A model generated the notes under the pieces. The model saw only the letters and a list, made by a program, of their open reading frames with translations. It was not told the DNA's origin and searched no databases. Source: Nitrososphaerales archaeon (GTDB lineage: Archaea > Thermoproteota > Nitrososphaeria > Nitrososphaerales > Gagatemarchaeaceae). From it: DNA of 32,000 nucleotides. The stretch spans positions 187,536-219,535 of the forward strand of contig DATJBB010000003.1 of NCBI GenBank assembly GCA_035515635.1. The letters run 5' to 3'. Below are positions 7,936 through 14,705 of this stretch, in pieces. The translations under genes were made by a program, and so were the position numbers. Numbering within the stretch: the first letter of the stretch is position 1; each line of letters opens with the position of its first letter.

Positions 7936-9865
7936 GGGCCCGTCTCCTGACCAGGATGTACATGGCCAGGACCACCACCACCACCCCGAGGGCGATTATT
8001 ATCGGCTGCTCGAGCCCTGGGCCGAAGATATTCGAGCTGGTCGTCGTGCTAGGCCCTCCCGACCCCGATGTCGTGGTGCCTTGCCCGAGCCAGAACGCGG
8101 TCACGACTCCGGGCGTCGCGTTGGGCAGGTCGCCGCCTCCCGAGGGGGCGAAGAGCATCATGTTCCCGTTGCTGTCTTCCGCTATCGAGACGCCCGCCGC
8201 CCCGAGCCCGCCCAGCTCGTAGCTGCTCAGTAGCGCCCCGGTCGCGGCGTTGAGTTCATAGAGGATCCCCGCCCTGTCGATGGCGTAGAGGACCCCTCCG
8301 CTCACCACGGCCGAGGAGCCCTGGTACCTGTTGGGGATGTTGTAGTGCCAGATCGGCTGGCCGTTCGAGAGGTTGATCGCGTAGACGGTCCCGTTCTGCT
8401 TCGCCGTCGAGTCGCCGGTGTAGACGTAGCCGTTGATGGTCTGGCCCTTGTAGGGGTACGGCCCGGCCGTCATCACGCCGCAGCCGTTCTGTGACGCCAC
8501 GTACAGCGTGTTCCCCACCACCGCGGGTGACATCTCCACTCCGCCGTCTGGCCCGGGGCAGATCCTCTGGTTGTTCCCGAGCGAGGACTGGGACGCCTGC
8601 AGGTTGGCGGTGGTCGTGTTCCCGTCGTTGAGGTTGTTCAGCGCGGGCGCGCCCACAGCGATGGGCGAGTAGACGAGCTTCCCCGTCAGCGCGTTGAGGA
8701 CGTAGACGTGGTTGTCCTTCGAGGCCTGTATGACCACCGGGGTGTTCACCCCGCTTATCGTCGCGTTGGCGAGGGTGACGCTCCACCCGCCTTCGTGCTC
8801 CGTGAGGTCGTGCGAGGTCATCTGGTAGTACCAGAGCATCTTCCCGTCGGTGGTGTTGAGCGCCACGAGGCAATCGGTGTACAGGTTGGGGCCAGGCCTG
8901 AGCGAGGCGTCGTACCCGTCAGACGGGTGGCCAGTCGAGAAGTAGATCACTCCGGTCTTGTTGTTCACCGCCATCAGCCCCCAGGCCGCACCACCCCCGG
9001 CGTAGAACTGGCTCTGCGACGTCGTCCCCCAGTCGCCCTGGTACGGGGTGATGTTCCCCTGCGGCTGGCCGTAGTTGACGGTCGTCCCGTTCGCCAGTAG
9101 GACCTCATCCTGGGAGTCCCAGTTAGTGTCTATCGGGCCGGTCGACGGAGGCGTCGAGTACCACATCCAAGCCAGGCTCCTTGTGTGGATGTTGTACGCG
9201 GCGACGAACCCCCTCCCGCCGTAGTCGGTCGTCGAGGCGCGGACGATGAGGTTGTCCCCGACCAGTATGGGTGCCTTCTCTCCGTAGTAGGTGCCCGTGT
9301 TCCCGGCGATGTTGGCCGCGACCGGGGGTATCGTCCAGTCGATCGTGCCGTTGAGCGCGTTGAAAGCGTAGACCGTCGTGTCAGACGACATCACATAGAG
9401 CGTCTCGTTGTAGAGCGAGATCCCGCTTATCGTGTAGGCCCCGGACCACCACGACTCGCCGATGAACTTGGTCATGTTGATCTGGTAGTTCCAGATCTTG
9501 GCGCCTGTCGTGGTGCTGAGCGCTATGATGTTGTTGTACGGGGTTGCGATGTAGACTATCCCGTTCTCGACGAGGGGTTGGGTCTCTACGCCGAGCGCCG
9601 GCGGGGCCCCTGGGATATTGAACGGGTTGACGGGGATCTGGTAGAACCACCTCAGCCTGAGGTCGGAGACGTTGTTCACGTTGATCACGTTCTGCGGGTC
9701 GCTGTTGGTGTTCTGGAAGTTGTAAGCAGAAGCCGCCCAGTTGGAGTAGGACGCGGTGGCGGCGGAGGCCGACTGCGCATGGGTGATGGCGTTCGCAGAG
9801 CCTCCCGCCGCGAGCATGAGGGCCAGAACGGACAAGGTCGCCACCTTGCTCCGCGAGGACCTCAT
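7916..9865 (-). CDS. Surface-anchored quinoprotein-dehydrogenase-type beta-propeller, paralogue 2 (most divergent)
   Basis: Signal peptide MRSSRSKVATLSVLALMLAAGGSANA. Family blocks are TTDYGGRGFVAAYNIHTRSLAWMWY, GGGAAWG, LRPGPNLYTDCLVALNTTDGKMLWYYQMTSHDLTEHEGGWS and SKDNHVYVLNALTGKLVY. A T/S-rich linker leads to the C-terminal TM IIIALGVVVVVLAMYILV. Confidence 0.85.
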   Translation of the reverse strand: MRSSRSKVATLSVLALMLAAGGSANAITHAQSASAATASYSNWAASAYNFQNTNSDPQNVINVNNVSDLRLRWFYQIPVNPFNIPGAPPALGVETQPLVENGIVYIATPYNNIIALSTTTGAKIWNYQINMTKFIGESWWSGAYTISGISLYNETLYVMSSDTTVYAFNALNGTIDWTIPPVAANIAGNTGTYYGEKAPILVGDNLIVRASTTDYGGRGFVAAYNIHTRSLAWMWYSTPPSTGPIDTNWDSQDEVLLANGTTVNYGQPQGNITPYQGDWGTTSQSQFYAGGGAAWGLMAVNNKTGVIYFSTGHPSDGYDASLRPGPNLYTDCLVALNTTDGKMLWYYQMTSHDLTEHEGGWSVTLANATISGVNTPVVIQASKDNHVYVLNALTGKLVYSPIAVGAPALNNLNDGNTTTANLQASQSSLGNNQRICPGPDGGVEMSPAVVGNTLYVASQNGCGVMTAGPYPYKGQTINGYVYTGDSTAKQNGTVYAINLSNGQPIWHYNIPNRYQGSSAVVSGGVLYAIDRAGILYELNAATGALLSSYELGGLGAAGVSIAEDSNGNMMLFAPSGGGDLPNATPGVVTAFWLGQGTTTSGSGGPSTTTSSNIFGPGLEQPIIIALGVVVVVLAMYILVRRRAPTQPRA

Positions 9866-9960
9866 CGAGCGCGGCTCGACAGATGCCGAGTTAATAAGAG
9901 ATTCTCATATTCGAAGGCCCGAGCAACTTAGCTCGAAACGCCATAGCTGCAAACGGCCAC

Positions 9961-11985
9961 CTAATATCGACGCCTCGAGTAGACCCACCCGACCGCGAGG
10001 ACGACCGCAGCCGCGGCCGCCACGACGGCGACGACTTGGCTCTCGAGGATGACCTGGACCGCCCCTCCATGCTGGGCAGGGATGACGAGCGCCTGGACGA
10101 ACCCCGGGAACGGCGGGCCCCACCTGGTCGACCCCATGTCGGTCAGCACGACCGCCATCCTGCCGTTCGCGTCCTCCCCTATCGAGGGCTGGACGAGGAG
10201 GGACCCCCCGACGTCGATTGTCGAGATGAGCTTCCCCGACCCCTCGTCGAGCATCCTGAGCACGCCGTCCAGGGTCGAGACGTAGACCACACCCGCACTC
10301 ACGGTCAGCCCCCCGCGGTATGGCTGGTCGGGGATCTGGAAGGCCCACTTCACGGCGCCCGTCGAGGCGTCGATGGCGTAGACGGTCGCGTTGACAGGCC
10401 CGAGCGGGTGGATGGTGAGAATCTGCACCCCCCAAGAGAACTCCCAAGAAGTGACGTTCTCCGGGGTCTTGGGAGGCCCTACATCGGAGAAGTTGAAGAG
10501 CTTGGCGTCGTTGTAGACAGCCGCGAAGACAGTGTTCGAGGCGGGGTCGAACGCGAGGTCCGACTCGAGCGCGCCGGTGTCGCTCGGGTTCTGTACGTTT
10601 GGCTTGGCCGACGGGTACCCGGCCCAGTTGTACTTTGTCATCTGGGTCGCGTTGAGTGGGTCGAGGACTGACACGTTCTGGTAGTCGATGGCGGGGGGCT
10701 TGAGGTACCAGAGCATTTTCCCCGTCGTCGCGTCCAGGGCGAAGATGTACCCGCTCTTGCACCCCTTGTACACGACGGGCGTAGACGTCCCCCCTATGGT
10801 GACGTTGGCCAAGACCACGTTCCAAGAGCAGTCGAAGTCCCCGAGGGCGTGGGGCATCGCCTGGAACGCCCATATCACCCTCCCGTTCGTCATGTTCAGC
10901 GCCAGCACGGACGAGCTCCAAAGGTCCGGGCCAGGCCGGTAGGTGGCGTTCCAGTCAGGCCCCGGGACGTTCGTCCCTACGTATGCGACCTTGGTCTTCT
11001 CGTCGATTGCCCAAGCACCTCCCCACCCCGCGCTCGCCCCGGCGAAGCTCGTCGTTCCGTTGAACCCGAAATTCCCCCAGTCTCTCATCAGCATGCTGCT
11101 CAGCTCCGACTGGGGGAGCGACTTGAGGTCGACCGCGCCCGTGCCGTCGAATATGTACGCGTGCGTCATGTTCATGACCGAGTCGAGCGACCAGGCCGGG
11201 TCGCTCCCGTCCTGCGGCGGGATGACGTAGGTCCTCCACATGAAGGAGGGGTGGGGAGAAGAGACGTTCCACGCCTCCAAGAAGCCCCTCCCAGCGCTGT
11301 CGCCTTCGGTCACCGACGGCGAGAACAGGAGCACCCCGTCCCTCTGGTCTATCGCCATGGTCGGGGTGTCGACGTCGTAGAGCCCATAGCTGCCCTGAAT
11401 CCCGGCCTGTCGGTCGTTGATGAACGGGTCGAAGTCGAGTGCGATGTCGCCCGTCGTCGCCTTGATCGCGAACACCTGGTAGGTGTTCGAGACCACCCAG
11501 ACGAGGGGCTCGTCCCACAGCTGCGTCGTGATGAACATCGCATGGTAGTGGCCCAGCGGTATCCCCAGGGGCCCTGGCACCGAGGGCTGGAGGTACTGAG
11601 AGTAGTTGTCCATCAGCGGGAGGTCCCGGTACCACACGACGTCCCCGTTCTCCAGGTTGAGTGCGTAGAGGCGCGACCAGTTTGTTATCGCGTAGACCAC
11701 GCCCTCGTAGATGAGCGGGGTGGCCATCACGCCCTCGGCCATCTGGACCTGCCCGACGGGGGCGGCCGGGACCGGGAAAGTCCAGGCAGCCCCGAGCTGG
11801 CCGACGTTCTGGGCGTTGATGACGGTCTGGTTGTCGCTGCTCCAATTGAGCGGGTAGTTGTTCTCGGGCCCCGTCCAGTCGGCCGAATGCGCGGCCTCCT
11901 GGGCCGAGACGCCTGTCCCGCCCAGAAGCAAGAGCATCATCCCGGCGGCCGCGAAGACGACGGAGGCCGGCCTCGCCTTTCTCAT
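9961..11985 (-). CDS. Surface-anchored quinoprotein-dehydrogenase-type beta-propeller, paralogue 3
   Basis: Track ORF 9961..12060 trimmed to ATG 11985 (MRKARPASVVFAAAGMMLLLLGGTGVSAQEA). Family blocks are TEGDSAGRGFLEAWN, GPDWNATYRPGPDLWSSSVLALNMTNGRVIWAFQAMPHALGDFDCSWN and YKGCKSGYIFALDATTGKMLWY. C-terminal TM: VVAVVAAAAAVVLAVGWVY. Confidence 0.85.
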   Translation of the reverse strand: MRKARPASVVFAAAGMMLLLLGGTGVSAQEAAHSADWTGPENNYPLNWSSDNQTVINAQNVGQLGAAWTFPVPAAPVGQVQMAEGVMATPLIYEGVVYAITNWSRLYALNLENGDVVWYRDLPLMDNYSQYLQPSVPGPLGIPLGHYHAMFITTQLWDEPLVWVVSNTYQVFAIKATTGDIALDFDPFINDRQAGIQGSYGLYDVDTPTMAIDQRDGVLLFSPSVTEGDSAGRGFLEAWNVSSPHPSFMWRTYVIPPQDGSDPAWSLDSVMNMTHAYIFDGTGAVDLKSLPQSELSSMLMRDWGNFGFNGTTSFAGASAGWGGAWAIDEKTKVAYVGTNVPGPDWNATYRPGPDLWSSSVLALNMTNGRVIWAFQAMPHALGDFDCSWNVVLANVTIGGTSTPVVYKGCKSGYIFALDATTGKMLWYLKPPAIDYQNVSVLDPLNATQMTKYNWAGYPSAKPNVQNPSDTGALESDLAFDPASNTVFAAVYNDAKLFNFSDVGPPKTPENVTSWEFSWGVQILTIHPLGPVNATVYAIDASTGAVKWAFQIPDQPYRGGLTVSAGVVYVSTLDGVLRMLDEGSGKLISTIDVGGSLLVQPSIGEDANGRMAVVLTDMGSTRWGPPFPGFVQALVIPAQHGGAVQVILESQVVAVVAAAAAVVLAVGWVYSRRRY

Positions 11986-12093
11986 GCGACCACCACCTAG
12001 AGGCCCAGGTCGTCTCGATTTAGACCCTTTCCTCTCGAACCAATCCACGGAGCACCACACTCGTTAAAAGCCCGCTCCGGGGGCAAAGAATTC

Positions 12094-12840
12094 GTGGACT
12101 TCGCGGAGACAGTGCTCCTCTCGGCGATAATGGGCCTGTCGATCTTCCTCTCCCTCCCGATAGTCCTCCACAAGAACACCGACGCGCGCCGGACCAAGCT
12201 CCTGACCTCGGTGGCGATAGGCATACTGATCTTCCTGATGGGGGACGTCTTCACCGATGCGGCCGCTTCCCTGTACAACGGGTCGCTGTATGGCTACGGA
12301 TCCTCGCCCACGAACGACGTGGTGTTCGTGTCAGCCCTCTTTGCGGGTTTCTTGATACTCTTTGCAGCAGAGAACAGGTCGAAGGAGGGACTCACCCCGA
12401 CCGAGCTTTCGCTTGTCATCGCGGTAGGCATGGGTTTCCAGAACCTCACCGAGGGCCTGGTGTTCGGCTCCCTCGGAGTGGCGTTCGGCCTCTCCGGAGC
12501 CGCCCTCGTCGTACTCGTGGGCTTCATACTCCAGAACATCAGCGAGGGATTCCCAATCGCTTCCCCCTTCCTCGGCAAGGTCCAAGGCAAGACCGGCCTG
12601 ATCGTGGTGCTGTACCTGGTTGGGGGCGTCCCGACGATCATAGGGGGTTCGATAGGGCACTTCTACAACTCGTCGGTCTTCGACCTGGCCTTTGACGGCC
12701 TCGCCATCGGGGCGATCCTCTACGCCATCCTCCCCATGCTCAAGGCGCTCTTCAGGGAGTCCTCGAGGGACCTCCTGCGCCTCACCTATCTGGGGGTCTT
12801 CGTGGGCTTCGTGATAGGCTTCCTGGTGAACCTGCTGTGA
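12094..12840 (+). CDS. ZIP-family (ZupT-like) divalent metal carrier with an atypical metal-site motif
   Basis: About 8 hydrophobic spans. The two ZIP signature helices read GFQNLTEGLVFG and ILQNISEGFPIA, in place of the usual HNxPEG. GTG start, with GTTAAAAG 25-30 nt upstream. Confidence 0.7.
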   Translation: MDFAETVLLSAIMGLSIFLSLPIVLHKNTDARRTKLLTSVAIGILIFLMGDVFTDAAASLYNGSLYGYGSSPTNDVVFVSALFAGFLILFAAENRSKEGLTPTELSLVIAVGMGFQNLTEGLVFGSLGVAFGLSGAALVVLVGFILQNISEGFPIASPFLGKVQGKTGLIVVLYLVGGVPTIIGGSIGHFYNSSVFDLAFDGLAIGAILYAILPMLKALFRESSRDLLRLTYLGVFVGFVIGFLVNLL

Positions 12841-12852
12841 GGGAGGCGAACG

Positions 12853-14646
12853 ATGAACAGGCGTAGATTCATCGAGGTACTGGGCGGCGGGGCAATAGGG
12901 GTGGCTGCGCTCGGGTACGGCGTCTCAAGGCTGCTCCCACCGAAGCACGCCGAGCCATCAGGGAAGCTCGACCCACAGTCCCTGACGAAGTTCGTCGACC
13001 CGCTCCCCATCCCAGCCGTGATGGTTCCCACGGCCCCCGGAGGCACTTACGAGGTGAAGATGACCCAGATCAGCCAGAAGCTCCACGACCAGCTCCCCGC
13101 AACCACCCTGTGGGGGTACAACGGGTCCTCTCCCGGCCCATCCTTCGAGGCGGTCAAGGGGACGCCCATCTCGGTCACCTACCTCAACGAGCTCCCGACG
13201 ACGCACCTCTTCGAGGACGCGATCGACCATACCATCGCCCACGTCCACGGCTACCCGGACGTCCGGACGGTCGTCCACCTCCACGGCGCCGAGGTCAAGG
13301 CGGACAGCGACGGCAACCCGACGGCCTGGTTCTCCTTCGCCTTCGAGACGACGGGGCAGGGGTGGTCGCACCAGACCTACACCTACCCAAACTCGCAGGA
13401 GGCAGCAACCCTCTGGTACCACGACCACGCGATAGGGACGACCCGGCTCAACCTCTGCGCCGGCCTCGCGGGCTTCTACTTCCTCAGGGACCCGACCCTC
13501 CAGTTCGAGGCAAGCCTCCCCGGGGGCTCTGACGACAGGCCGCACGCCGGAGCGGGCCCCTACGAGGTGCCCCTCATGATTCAAGACAGGCTCTTCAACG
13601 CCGACGGCTCGATCCTCTATCCGGACCAGGGGGTCAATCCCGACGTCCATCCGCAGTGGATACCCGAGTACTTCGGGGACACGATCCTCGTCAACGGGAA
13701 GGTCTGGCCCTACCTCGAAGTCGAGCCCCGCAAGTACAGGTTCCGGTTCCTCGACGCGTCGAACGCGCGCTTCTACGACCTCTCGTTCGCGAACAAGCCG
13801 GTGACCATCAACCAGATCGGGACAGACGGCGGCTACCTCCCCGAACCGGTGGCGATCAACGACGTCTTCATCGCCCCGGCGGAGCGGGTCGACGCTGTCG
13901 TCGACTTCTCCGCGATGGAGGTCGGCGACACCGCGGTCCTCTACAACACCGCCCCGGCGCCTTATCCCGGCGGGGACGTCCCAGACCCCGACACCATCGG
14001 CCAGATAATGCAGTTCAGGGTGGTGGAGGCGAAGGGGAAGGACAACAGCGTCCTGCCCACCTCCATGGTGCCAGTGCCCCAGCTCCCGTTCCCCGGGGAG
14101 TCGGTCAGCGCTACGAGGAGCCTCATCCTCATCGAGTACGACACGGACGCCGGGCCGGTCACCGGCCTACTCAACAACGCCGCCTACGACAACACGATAT
14201 CGGAGAACCCCGTCCTCGGCTCGACCGAGATCTGGGAGCTGATCAACCTCACCGAGGATGCCCACCCGATCCACCTCCACCTCGTCCAGTTCCAGATATT
14301 CAACCGACAGGAGTTCGATGCCGACAAGTACCTGGCCGACTACCAGACGGCCAACCCTGACATGTCCCCCGGCTCGGGGCCTGGGACAGTCCTCGACCCC
14401 ACGCCGTACTTCGAGGACGACCCCTTCCTGGTCACACCTCAGGAGGCCGGGTGGAAGGACACCGTCAAGGCCTACCCGGAGGTGATCACCAGGCTGATCG
14501 TCAGGTTCGCCCCGAGGGACGGGACCGACTTCGCCTTCGACGCCACCGCCGCCCCCAACTACATCTGGCACTGCCACATCCTCGAACACGAGGACAACGA
14601 GATGATGAGGCCGTACCAGGTCCTCCCGCGGACAGTGGCCCCCTGA
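12853..14646 (+). CDS. Tat-exported three-domain multicopper oxidase (CotA/bilirubin-oxidase-like laccase)
   Basis: Twin-arginine leader MNRRRFIEVLGGGAIGVAALG. All four copper motifs are present: VHLHG, WYHDHA, HPIHLHL and HCHILEHEDNEMM. GGGAGG lies 6 nt before the ATG. Confidence 0.9.
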   Translation: MNRRRFIEVLGGGAIGVAALGYGVSRLLPPKHAEPSGKLDPQSLTKFVDPLPIPAVMVPTAPGGTYEVKMTQISQKLHDQLPATTLWGYNGSSPGPSFEAVKGTPISVTYLNELPTTHLFEDAIDHTIAHVHGYPDVRTVVHLHGAEVKADSDGNPTAWFSFAFETTGQGWSHQTYTYPNSQEAATLWYHDHAIGTTRLNLCAGLAGFYFLRDPTLQFEASLPGGSDDRPHAGAGPYEVPLMIQDRLFNADGSILYPDQGVNPDVHPQWIPEYFGDTILVNGKVWPYLEVEPRKYRFRFLDASNARFYDLSFANKPVTINQIGTDGGYLPEPVAINDVFIAPAERVDAVVDFSAMEVGDTAVLYNTAPAPYPGGDVPDPDTIGQIMQFRVVEAKGKDNSVLPTSMVPVPQLPFPGESVSATRSLILIEYDTDAGPVTGLLNNAAYDNTISENPVLGSTEIWELINLTEDAHPIHLHLVQFQIFNRQEFDADKYLADYQTANPDMSPGSGPGTVLDPTPYFEDDPFLVTPQEAGWKDTVKAYPEVITRLIVRFAPRDGTDFAFDATAAPNYIWHCHILEHEDNEMMRPYQVLPRTVAP

Positions 14647-14705
14647 CCAGAGGAGAGCCTTCTGTCCCCAACAGAGCCGCCTGCCTCCTGGACCGGGGAG
14701 GGTTC

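Noticed and set aside
14451-14705. ATG 14451 as the true start of the NHL protein
   Set aside because: It would overlap the laccase gene by 195 nt in another frame. It would also prepend about 85 R/P/H-rich residues to what looks like a normal signal peptide. I kept it only as one alternative in the start-codon finding.
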